From Trichoplax adhaerens (Eukaryota; Animalia; Placozoa): a DNA stretch of 64,000 nucleotides. The notes beneath the pieces were generated by a model. It was not told the DNA's origin. It saw nothing but the letters and a program-made list of their open reading frames with translations, and did not search any database. Positions within the stretch are counted from its first letter, which is position 1, and every line of letters begins with the position of its first letter. This document shows positions 1-12,333 of this stretch, one piece after another. A program made the position numbers and the translations under genes. The stretch covers positions 2,720,180 through 2,784,179 of the forward strand of contig NW_002060948.1 of the NCBI RefSeq assembly GCF_000150275.1, written 5' to 3'.

Positions 1-1159
1 AACAAGAAATTATATGAAATAAAAAATCAATTATCATGCTATGTAAGACATCGGATACAGTAAATATAAAGAAATGAGAGAATGTGCATTATTTTAGTAT
101 CGTTATATTGCTCTTATACAATAAAATTTCGTATGCACAAATTTGACATAGACTCAAAACCTAAAATATTAATTGAAGATCTTTCAAATAGCTACAAATA
201 TTATGAAGATGATTGCACATCTTTTAATGTTTTTGTAGTGCTTCAAGCCGAAAGTTTTATCAGCTGTTCTGAGTAAAAATAATCGTACACTATATCCCGT
301 TGGATTGCATAAAACACTTTAGCTTCTATATATTTTAAGATCTGATTGAGTCTACCGTTTAGATCAAGGAAATGGTATGTATAACGTTCGTTACGTTCAT
401 TTTAGCTACAGACGACTCAAAAAATATTAGGCATACTAATTCAATCATTTCGAAGGAAAGATATGCTTAGCTGCCTGGAATATAAGTCCGTACACAGATT
501 CTATTCAATATTCATTTGCTACTTAAATTGCATTATAATGTATGATAATGCCTAGTCCTAGAAGCCGTATAAATTTATTGAATTAGGCAATCCACTAAAT
601 TTATACATCGAATTTCTTTGTTCTGCCCTTAATTGATACGATCTGAGGCGGAGTATTTACATTGCAATTAAAGACTTTTATGTTCACATACGCCAATGTA
701 GATTTAAGTGCTGACAATATGTGATATTACAGGTATGTAATTTATTCTGAATTTTAATTTTAAAGACTGTATGACTTTCCGTTAGTAAATTATTTATAAA
801 ATCTTAGCAAATGTTTTTACCTGAAATAATAAGAATGGGAAAGATGTTGTATTGATTACTTACAGTATCTTTGGAGGCTGATTGTACCATCTTTGTTATC
901 CTTAGGCCGAGGTTATAAATACATACGTACATATAAGATCTTCTAGTTGCACGAGTAGCAGCAAGTAGATTTGATTATTATTCATTTCTGATAGAATTAG
1001 TGTCTAACTCCTGCACTATTTAATCATAAACGGTATATCCTTTCGTTTCCTACTTTGACAAGGTTATCGGGTACTTAACGCTGCTCCATACAAAAATTGC
1101 TTTAAAACCAGAACACTTTTGTTTAACCTGCTACGATACGTAGAGCTATCGCATACAAT

Positions 1160-1368
1160 ATGAAGTCAACTTATAATTCTCAAATGGATGGCAGTTATGC
1201 CATCAATGGTGAGGATTTATTACCTGCCGTGCATCATATCGTTAGACAGTATATTGCTTTTATTATTATCAGCACATTATTGCTTATTGCTGGTGGATTT
1301 GCTGTTAGTCCATGGGGAGGATACTTGGATTTGCATTATATGGTCAATGTTTCTGGGCACCATCCCTG
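1160..1368 (+). pseudogene. CD20/MS4A-like tetraspan paralog 1, exon 1 only, frameshifted (probable pseudogene or assembly error)
   Basis: ORF ...RQYIAFIIISTLLLIAGGFAVSPWGGYLD aligns with exon 1 of the neighbouring paralogs. The conserved YGQCFWAPSL plus GT donor (1339-1368, gtaatg at 1369) lies in a different frame. No recognisable exons 2-4 before the next paralog. Confidence 0.7.
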
Positions 1369-3251
1369 GTAATGTTAAAATAATAATGATAGATCTTCAT
1401 CAAGTACATATTACTACGTATTATTATAGTATCTAAGTATTGTTTAACTTTCGATAGCTTTACGTCTAAAAGTTGTTGGAACCATTAGCTAAATAGTTAA
1501 GACTGACGACAGTCGGAAATCTATTTATTGATCGACTTCAAATGTTATAGTGATAGAAACTCATTACAGAATTAAATGGCACACCAATCGTTTCCTTACT
1601 AAATACCTTTTTGCTACTCGATAATACAGTATTGAAGTATCTATCGGATAGCATTGTATCATTTAACTGCTAATAATATGGTTAAACATGCTGTATTTGT
1701 GGATTCATAAATTTTGTGTTATAATACTTTTTGCTGATATTTTGGAGATTCAATTTTAGGCAGATAAGTTTATTCTTAAGCGCACAGAGCTGAGAAAAAA
1801 CTAAATAAAGCAAGAGAAAAGCTGTAGTATTTACTACTTTATAAGATTATTGTATCAGCTATGGTTGCTATAAAAATTATTTAATGCTTTTAAATCACTG
1901 CGAACGATGCATTGGCAGTATCGACTGCTCGTGTCGAATATAAATAGAGCGTAAATAATAGTGAACCAGGGACGAGATGTGCTTTATTAGATATTTCGTA
2001 GTATGATAGTTGCTATAAATTTTAAATTAATATAGCAGCTTTTTCCCGCTAAGTAAAAGAGTAAACTCGACATTTTGATAAAAAATTGATCCTTCCATCC
2101 AGAGTTCTGCGCAATCCACATAAAAGATGGATATTTCTACATAGAAGAAAATACGTATTGTCTTAACTATGATTATGGCAAGTATTAAAATAGTTGTTCC
2201 TTACTCATCTTGACATTGGATAGTTAATCGTGGAAATTGGTTTATACTTTTATTTAATAACTGTATTACGATATATTATATACGTAGAACCGTCTATGAA
2301 GGAAAGAATATAATTTATATTTCTCTTAATTTATTATACACCAATTGTTAAACTTATCGATTTCATTCGTAAATGATAATTTCTACGTACGGTCTAGTTC
2401 AAGTTCTCATAGCAGTTATTACAATTTTTTTCTTCCGGCGATACTTATTTCAAAAGCGTTTACCGATGAGTGACTAAATTACAGTCCTAAAATTATCTCG
2501 TTGACGTAGATTTGATTACTGATAAATGTTATCCACAGCATTACTTAGCAATACTAGTTTTAATTACCCTCATCACATGCGTGTATAGCCAAACCCATAA
2601 ATGAATGGAGATAAATTTTTCTTATTTTTAGTTGATCCTTTAATATCCAATTTATTCATTATATTTGGTTGCAGAAATCAAGGGCTAATCTAGCGATGTC
2701 TAGAACCACTTCATCAAATAGGTGTAATAATAGAAAATATTTTAAATTAGGTTTTATCAACCTTTACATACGTCATAAACCGTAGGGTGCAACTAGTGGG
2801 ATCATGTAATATTTTCAATGAATTGAACTTACGCAAGAATTTTGTTTCTTTAAGATGCGGATTACGCTGAGTTTTAATGTCGGAGTGATTAATAGCTACT
2901 GTTAGTAGATGGATATAAGGTGTGGCGCGTGATTTACGTGTACTGATTACCTAAAAGGGATTCTATAAATGGATTTAAAATAATGAGGTTTTTATTTAAC
3001 AATCATAAAAGAATTTTTCTTTTCTTAACAGGGGTGGCCCCAGGTTGCGAAATTGAATTGTAAAGAAACTATTATTGAAAGTTTTGGACCATCGGAATGT
3101 AGACTGTATAAATTAGTTAGTAGTTGATGATTAGTAGCATTTCCTAAAATCACGGCTAAGATACACTGTTATTAAAACAGAGGTTAAGAGGACTAATCAT
3201 TCGGAGAATTCTTGCTTCTTGAGACAAAACTCTTTCGTTATTTATTGTATT

Positions 3252-5496
3252 ATGGCAACTGTAATTCAAGCTCAACCCAATGTTGATCAAAATGCAGTCA
3301 TGATACCACTGGTAGCATCAATGATACGTGTTGCAAGGCAGTCTATTGCTTGCCTTATTTTAGGCATAATTTTGATCATTGCTGGAGGAGTTGCTTATTC
3401 TTCCGTTGGTATCTATTTGCTAGGTATAACGAGTTATTTTCACTGTTTCTGGGCCGGAGCACTAGTGAGTCTGATTAATTAAACTTTGATAAGATGTGAT
3501 GAGCATGCTAGTTCATGCGGTACCGGTAGTCAATTGTACAATTTCTTCAATAGTATCAAAAATTAAGAAATACTTTTTTTTGCGAGAGTCATAACTACGT
3601 AGCAGTGATTTATCACTCAATTTACGGTATTAATGAAGCTATCCATCACGAATAACTTAAAAATAATGTAAGAAGTGTGTTTCTAAAATAGCTTAGTTTA
3701 CATACTGTTTTTATGTAATCAATTAATTATCGTTCGAAATTATATTTTTATAAATTCATAGATAGTTTTCGTTAGGAGATTTTTTCTTGTATATCTGAAG
3801 TGCTATAAATTATTCAACTTTTGATGACGGCCTATAAATAGTTGCATAGAATTGATTCATTTGTCGTCTTAATTTAAACAAAATAGTTTTAGTCTTTGTC
3901 AACAACCAGATCAGTAATTTATCATTCCCTATAAAAAAAACATTATACCTTCTGAAGTTGTTAAAACAATTAATAAAATAACTAACAATGAATCAGAGAT
4001 TTTTTATAACTTTCGTTCATTTTAAAGTAGTCTTAAAAGAAATCTTCCAGTTTTACATGTGTAGATTTTAGTAGCAATAACAATTAGCTTACAATAATAG
4101 CTTTAACTCTGACTAAATAATTTGATGCAGTGTGGCAATATACATGAACAGATATTACAAATGCATTTTAATTGAACATGCTTGATTTGTGTTATTTATT
4201 TAAAATCTGATCAATGTTATTCAGTATGTTGAGCGTGTTGAATAAAAGAGAATTGAACTTATATCTTGTAATGGATAATGTAATATTCAATGTTTCCATG
4301 TATAATTGATAAGCGTGGTCTATTTCTTCTAAAGTGGTCGTTGAAGGTAATCTTTAATTACGAAATGGCTTGACAACTATTTATTAATCGCTCTCTTGTT
4401 AGATGATAATTTCCTCTTCACTTGGTATCGCGACTTATATCAACATCACTAAGTTTTCACGAGATGTGGTAAGTAAACTAGCTCGATTACAGTATATCCT
4501 TATTTCTGATATGCATGACATATTGTTCATTAAAGAGGTGAGTTAGACCTATTACTGCAAGTATGCTTAGAAATTATTAATATGACCATTTTATTCATGT
4601 TGAATGAATAAATGCTCAATATCATTAGGCTACTATTCACTTGGCATTCCTCATTCTTGGCATGCTGGCAGCACTTGCAGGGATTATATTTAGTGCTATT
4701 AACCTTTCAGGTGCAGCATACCTCTTTCAGAGTAGTGCCTTACGCAACGTAGGGATTGGAAGCTTATGTACCAATAGTGTGGTCATAGTGTTTTACATCA
4801 TTTACATATCTTACTGCATTTATCATATAATCGTTTACTCTCGTACCTTGCGGATGGTACCTAAAGTGAAGAATGGTCAGGTAAATCAAAGAATAGTTGT
4901 ATGTGTATCAATAATTTAAGGTTCAAGTTTGATTAATAATGCGAACAAAACAAGAAAGAAATATTTTTGTCGAATAAAGTTTCAATGAAGGCTTACTTGC
5001 GATTGAAAGTGATACTAGTAGTTATCACAATTATTTCTCGCTTTGAGTCCATTAATTGTAATCAATCGATGATTACTGCCAAAATTATTAAATTTGTTGT
5101 ATATAAAATGTATCTATAAGTGTATACCTGAATACATATATTAATAGTAGTAGCAATTGTGGCTCCTGTATTAAGATCATCGCAGATATAATAAGTAATG
5201 CTTTCAAGTGAAGTTTCAACTTAGTAATTTATTAATAGCGATAATGCGTGCCTATCTTCAGTATGTAAATTCTTTCTTTCTAGAAACAATTCATTGAGGA
5301 AGGAGAGATAGTTTTATCCAATCAATCAGGCGTGAATCAACCAGGATATCAAGTTGCACAACCAACAACGTACGTGGAAACACGAGTTTTATCCAATCAA
5401 TCAGGCATGAATCAACCAGGATATCAAGTTGCACAATCACCAATGTACGTGGAAACAAGAGGAGAACCCGAGAATGAGAAAAGTTCGACATTTTAA
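3252..5496 (+). CDS. CD20/MS4A-like four-transmembrane protein, paralog 2 (exons 3252-3464, 4403-4468, 4629-4880, 5284-5496)
   Basis: Spliced phase-0 GT-AG exons give MATVIQAQ...YFHCFWAGAL / MIISSSLGIATYINITKFSRDV / ATIHLAFLILGMLAALAG...KNGQ / KQFIEEG...SSTF*. It has four hydrophobic segments and the FWAG-x-IIxxxxGI signature of the CD20-like family. The gene structure is well supported; the family assignment is by motif. Confidence 0.75.
5311..5460 (+). repeat. 75-bp x2 coding tandem duplication (VLSNQSGxNQPGYQVAQxxxYVETR)
   Basis: gttttatccaatcaatcaggc...tacgtggaaaca occurs at 5311 and 5386. Confidence 0.95.
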
Positions 5497-6728
5497 ATGA
5501 TGATCTTTTTTTATATAATTCATTGGATAATTTATACTGTGTACCGCTATACAAATAATAATATAAGAAATAGCTTCGGGACACCATGAAATCTAGTTTA
5601 CTTATCGTTGAGTTTTAAAGCTAGTTCTTTCTACATTAATTTACATCATTAGTAATCTATTCCCATACATGTACAATGTACATTGTACAGTATATCCGTC
5701 GCAGTGAGCTTAATGAAATAAATTGTTTAGAAGTTGATCTAGTGTGCTGTCCTATCTAAGTCTATTTGTGTGATACCTTCCAATCGTGATCGTTCATCGT
5801 AGAGTTTATTGAAAATTCTTCTCATCTATGTTTATAGTATGGTTGAGGGGGGGGGGAAGGAATTAATCGCATTATTACATGCTATCTATCTTTAATAGCG
5901 TTGATCCTATTCCATCTACAACATGCAAGAGCAATTTAGACCACTTCAATAGATGCGTAGATTGATATGTATTAGGCTATAAAAGAAGACTAATAGAAGG
6001 TTCAAGTTGGTTTATTAACCGTATCGTAATAACAAAAAAGTTCAATCTACTGTTGCTACTACGGAATAGGTATATACTGTAAGTAGCGCCATCGGAATGG
6101 TGCAAAAAATTAGTCCGCCCGATATTGTACGTATACTATATACCGTATATATATACTGTATATGTCACGTATATAGTGTAGAATATTAATTAAACATAGC
6201 CAGCATTCAAAATTGACCTTGCATTTATGAAACAAAGTATCACGAGCAGGGTCATTTTGCTGGCAATGAGAAGGTTAATGTCAGAAAACCAACGGTATAC
6301 GCGTATATTGCATGCATAGCCGTATATCGCATCATCGCGGACACCTACAGATGCAATTTCAGCGCCAAATTCCCAATAGCACTCTGTTGTAGACTACAGT
6401 TATTTTCGCCAACAAAGTTGGCGGATTGAAACTCTGATTATATCATTCGAATCAGTGATTTTAAGAATGATGAGCAGTCAATGGAGTATTTTTTAAAATT
6501 GGGGATAAAGATGTGCAAAATTGAGTGTAGACTGTTGGAATTTTGTTTTGAATGGAGGCTTACTTAGGTAGTTCAGTAAGCGTACTGTGTAAGTTTTCAA
6601 TTTTTGAATATTTTATGGAGTTTTTTCGGTTAACTCTATGCGATAGCCCTACTGAGAAGAAGCTTGCCAGTACTAGACTACCAGTGAGTGAGTCACTACT
6701 AGTTGACCGGAGGACTAGGTACTAGTAG

Positions 6729-7762
6729 GTAGTACGACATCAAGGACGAGCGGACATCGGACATCGGATTTCTGTTGTCCATCAGTCCATCAACAATAGT
6801 TAACAACAATAGCTGTACAGTACTTGTACAGTACAGTGTACAGTACACTGTACAGTACGGCGGGATAAGTGATTTGTACTGTAGGTGTACTGTACAGTAC
6901 TGTAGTGTACAGTACACTGTACAGTACTGTACTGTACTGTATTGTGATGGCTGTGATCATTGTGATGACTAAGTAGTACGACATCAAGGACGAACGGACA
7001 TCGGACATCGGATTTATGTTGTCCATGAACAATAGCTGTACAGTACAGTACTGTACAGTATGGCGGGATACTCCCAGAGTGATTTGTATTGTTTTGTGAT
7101 GACTTCGTACTGTACTGGAGTTCCGAGAGAAAATTCTCCCACAACTCCCTGATTCTGAGCATGTGCAGAGTATGCCTCCAAGACAGTTTTCTTCCCTTGA
7201 TCATCAAGAATGAAATTAGCATCGGGAACTGGATTCTTTCTTGATAGTGTCAATAGAAATAGGATAGTATAGGGTTAGCTATAGTACAGTACAAGTAGCA
7301 GAGAGCTGGGCAAAGTATCCCTAGAGAGCGTGTAGTTTATTATAAAAAACTTTTATATTTTATTGTGATAGCTGTGATGACTAGGTAGTACGACATCGAG
7401 GACGAGCGGACATCGGACATCGGATTTATGTTGTCCATGAAACAATAGCTGTACAGTACTGTGTACTGTACTGTACAGTATGGCGGGATACTCCCAGAGT
7501 GATTTGTACTGTTTTGTGATGACTTCGTACTGTACTGGAGTTCCGAGAGAAAATTCTCCCACAACTCCCTGATTCTGAGCATGTGCAGAGTATGCCTCCA
7601 AGACAGTTTTCTTCCCTTGATCATCAAGAATGAAATTAGCATCGGGAACTGGATTCTTTCTTGATAGTGTCAATAGAAATAGGATACTATAGGGTTAGCT
7701 ATAGTACAAGTAGTAGAGAGCTGGCTAAAGTATCCCTAGAGAGCGTAAAGTTTATTATAAAA
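6729..7762. repeat. ~415-420 bp direct tandem duplication (two near-identical copies plus one partial copy)
   Basis: The anchor gtagtacgacatc(a/g)aggacga(g/a)cggacatcggacatcggattt occurs at 6729, 6973 and 7385. The identical antisense ORF starts at 7253 and 7673. Confidence 0.95.
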
Positions 7763-8032
7763 GACTATTATATCCTTTACTGATCCATTCTGCGCATACT
7801 GATCGTACAGTGCTGTACTTGGAAGAGAGTAGCAAGCGCGATACAGTTCCCAAAGTTATTTATTGATAGAATAAAGCTGTTGTACTGTACAATTAGTGTC
7901 TACTCATTGCGATACTGTATATATTTCAAATCTTCCTTCTTGTAAACTTATTCAACGTCATCGATTCATCACTTTGACTACATCATCCAGTTTTTCTACC
8001 ATATTAGAGACGTACATGTGTCAGACAATTCA

Positions 8033-10914
8033 ATGGCGATTGTTATTACCAATTCTCCTGCTGAAGTAAGGCAGAATAATGCCCAAAGAGCCAAGTTAAT
8101 GTTGTCCATGAGACGGATTGGGAAAGAAGCGGTCTCCTTCGTCGTTGTAGGCATTTTATTACTCATTACTGGCGGAATTGCTTTTAGTCCTGCTAGGGTT
8201 TACTTGGATGGAGTAGTGACTTACGGCCACTGTTTTTGGGTAGCTATACCGGTAAGTAAAACAGATGATAAGATCATAACAACGCTACCGATACAGTAAA
8301 GGATTAATTTCAACTGTTGTTGATATAATATGCAAGATAATACAATAAAAGACAACTTTTACTTCCAACACCTAATATCATGTCTACTGGGGGATAGCGG
8401 TCTATTTTCAATCTACCTTGACCAACACAATCGACAAAGAATTGAAAATAATTTTTCATTACTGTGCAGTATACTAGATGTTTTTCTTACATTGATTCTC
8501 CTTCCTTCACTTGACAATACAGTAAGACGTATTGCCACAACTCCATTCAACCAATAACAACGATTCGATTGATTAGAGTAACATTCGTCCATAATGATGA
8601 TATATTGCTGTAGTCCTTGTTTGAATTCAATTTCGAAATAGTGTTGATGCCGTCAGTTGTACACGTATTAACACCCCTGCTGCTTGGATAGATGGGACTA
8701 ACAATATTCAATTAGACTCTTATTTTGATGAACGATATTCTGTACCGTACAGTGCAATCATTGATGAAGCAATAAAATTTGATTCTTTATTTAATTAATA
8801 GTTTTCTTTTTTAGCGCATTCAAACATGACTTACTTAGCGGTACGGTCAAAAATTACATTTTAAGAATCAGAATAGAAATGTACAATGACTGCCATAATT
8901 GGTATTACTTTCGCGGCAATGAATAGAAAAGCAACTGTGACTAACTTATTCGTACCGTTGAGAAGATAGCATAAAATCAATCAAATAAAAGGTTACATCT
9001 AATGTTGATATTGTCGTTGTGATCGATTAAAAGCTTAGTAACCACTGTACTGTACTGTATCTTAGGGGAATTACCTAGTGTGAAAATAATTACTGAATTT
9101 ACCAGTATAACTTATCAACTTCCAATGTTGATTGAACCCTCATACTTATTTGCCGATATGCTTACATACACTCAAATAAACTAATCGTAACAAAAATACA
9201 GCCAATTCTAGTTCAAACTCATCGTAACATTTCCCTTGACTTTCTTCGACTCTTAATATTATAAACTACACTACAGCTAATTGTACAACCTTCTAACTTA
9301 GTGCTGCATTTGCAAGTGAATAATTTCGAAACTGTCTTCTATGCGATCTTTACCGTCCATGGAATAATTCATTCTATTATAATTCTACCATACTGTAGTA
9401 TTGATTAGTGCAATGTGAAAGCATTAATCACTGGTTATTTATTAATACTGCTATTCATTTAACATACAGTTAAATAAATATCATTCGAGTATGATGGACT
9501 AATTTTGCGATTCAGTATTCAAAATTATTCAATTGGCAAAGCAATCAAATTTAAGCTAATGTAACGATGATCGCTATCGAAGTCGTTAGATTGTAGATTT
9601 ACTCAAATCAGCATTTCAGCAATCCATTTATGGCTAATTTTGGGGTAAAAAATAAAGTTTCTATTGTAGTAGTTCTGATCATGAATACTTTGTCGTAGTT
9701 ACTCGGCACTATTTTCTAGATATTAACATACTCATTAGAGTGTATTAAAGTATTAAATGGAGAGGAAGTTAGCTATATCAAATCAATATTTTATACTAAC
9801 CATCGCAGATACCCAATTTTTCTACTATTTACTATTATCTTTGCAACTGTTAATGACTGTACTTACTGCACTTTCGTTTTCAATGGAAATGCTGTTAAGT
9901 TACATGCTAAATACTAGCTTTCATTACATGTTGTCAGTTTGTCAGTATCGATAATTTGTCTTCATCAAATACTACTTAGCCGCTATTGCATTTAATTTTA
10001 ATGAATGACCACACAACTTAGTATTAATAATAAATTACATATACTTAATCTAGATGATTGTCGCTGGTGCCTTTGGAATAGCGACATATAACCACGGAAA
10101 TTATCGACGAAAGATGGTATGATAAATTTCATAAGATCTATGTTTGCTTATTGAATGTTACAAAAGTAGTAAAATATCCACCTAAGTTAAATTTTATTTT
10201 ATCTTGCAAACGGTTGTATTAAGGGAAACTATTTTTTGTTAATTCAATAATTCATATCTACTATCGATGGATGCAAAATTCAAGATGAATACTTTCTATA
10301 TAGATTTTATCGATTTCGGTCTGCTGATGCTATGCTTTTACTTCATTACTTTATAATGGACTGATAGGTTATTCCGCATTTAGTTTTTCTTATTGCCAGT
10401 ATGGCGGCCTCAATCGGTGGAATGGTTATTTTAGGCGTCAATATTTACCACTTTATTCAAAGGGCACAACAAGGTCATATCAAATCTATCACTGCCCTTG
10501 GTATAAATATTGCTGTCTTGATTGTATATGTTGGATATTTCTTCACGGGGCTTTACTGCGTCGTAGTATTTTCACGAATTGCAAAAAGTCCGCATATGGC
10601 GTCGGTTAGTACTCAAATAAGCAGATACTTAATGCGCGTATATAATGCGGTATGGGTTGTAAGATCTGTAGTAATAGTTTTATTAAATCGCAGTTGAAAT
10701 AATTCCAATCTAATCTTATTATTGAATATTGTAGATGCAACCGGAGCAGGAACAGATTCCGTTTCAACTAACTAGCAATCAATTGCGTATTGGGCAACAA
10801 GACGATCTTTCGCAGCCTCCGCCATCTTACGCAGAGTTACAATTGCATCATAGCGATCCTCCACCTTACGAACAACAGATAGATAGCTTACAGCAGAAGG
10901 ATTCCGCTGCTTAG
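8033..10914 (+). CDS. CD20/MS4A-like four-transmembrane protein, paralog 3 (exons 8033-8251, 10054-10116, 10368-10604, 10735-10914)
   Basis: MAIVITNS...YGHCFWVAIP / MIVAGAFGIATYNHGNYRRKM / VIPHLVFLIASMAASIGG...PHMAS / MQPEQ...QPPPSY...DPPPYEQ...SAA*. Same phase-0 exon structure as paralog 2. Confidence 0.78.
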
Positions 10915-12333
10915 CTAGAAGATATTATGTTAAGAAATTGACGTTTGCTGATTGTTTTATTAACGCCTAACTTTCCTTTCTCTTTGTAAAGGAGTAATTG
11001 ATGAAGGCTTGTATCATTTTCTCTACGACTAGAATCAGTCATAGACTGATAAACAACTTAAAAAATAATTTATTAATTATACTTGTAAAGATTATAATTT
11101 ATTACAGATATAAAGTTTTCATGCAGCTGTGCACAGTTCTTAAAATGAATAATGCCCTATACTATTTCTTATGACGATAATTTAAAATTTTTAGTTAGTA
11201 TTATAATGTTAGTAATTATCGTAAATCGATAATTCTGAGCAGAAAGCTACGTAAACTATCTGTATTGTCATTGATTTTAAATTTCGGGCTAAAAATTATA
11301 TAGTGAATTGATAAGTTTATATTTGCACCTTCTTGTAACAACATTTCGAATATTGTAAACTATACACATGTGCTGATTCTATCTCAGATATATACTATAT
11401 ATATCTTGCAATCAGTAGGCAAAGCAACTAATAAAATATATAACAACTTCTCTATCTACTATTGTTTTCTTGTTTCTTACTTTTAATTTTGTAGATCGTT
11501 ACCGATACTTTTCTTTAATTTAACTCCTAATTAGGCATTGTTAATTAATTATAAAAGTAGATTTACTATTACGAACGATATTATACGCGTATGTACAACT
11601 TTACGCTGTCAATATAGCTTTGCAAAAGTTTTTACGGACCCAACACTAAGTTGACCGTGTATGTACACATTTCACAGTATGTAGATGGGTATAACTTTAA
11701 ATACTGTATATGATATGATAACTTATTAGTTATTCACTATCGATCAACAGTAGTCCGGTCTTGCTTATACCCTTTAAGATTCAGACCGCTTGTGAACTGC
11801 TGCGAAACTTAATTTCAATCCTTTTATGTATGCTTGAATTTAAGGTAAAGTGGAATATTTATGGTATAAGGAAACATAATTTTTACGCGCAAGTTAAATC
11901 AGGCTAGTAATAATTAATAAATGAATTTGTATAGAGCTGATTACGGCTTAATATGAAGATTCGTAAATTAGTTAAGTGATTAAAATGGCATCGAGCTGCA
12001 GTATGATGTAAGACAAACAATCCTTGCCCTTATCATGGAAACATCATTTATCATGAAACTTGTAAATTCTTTATTTACTCAATCATACACAAGATGGACA
12101 AATATTAAAGCTCTTTTTTAATTATAAAAAGAGCACGATGACGTTTAAAACTAAAAAAGAAAGTATTAATTTGTATTTTAATTTGCTAACTAAATACAGA
12201 CCTATCATGGTACGTTGTTGTAACCTATACTAAGTAACGGTAACTGAATAGGAATTTTTAATCAAAGTAAATAAATGTCCTTGTTTCCAACTTTTAACAT
12301 GATTATAAGTACCACAATATACGTACTAACTAA

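Noticed and set aside
5291-5587. 98-aa minus-strand ORF with an internal repeat
   Set aside because: It is the antisense shadow of paralog 2 exon 4.
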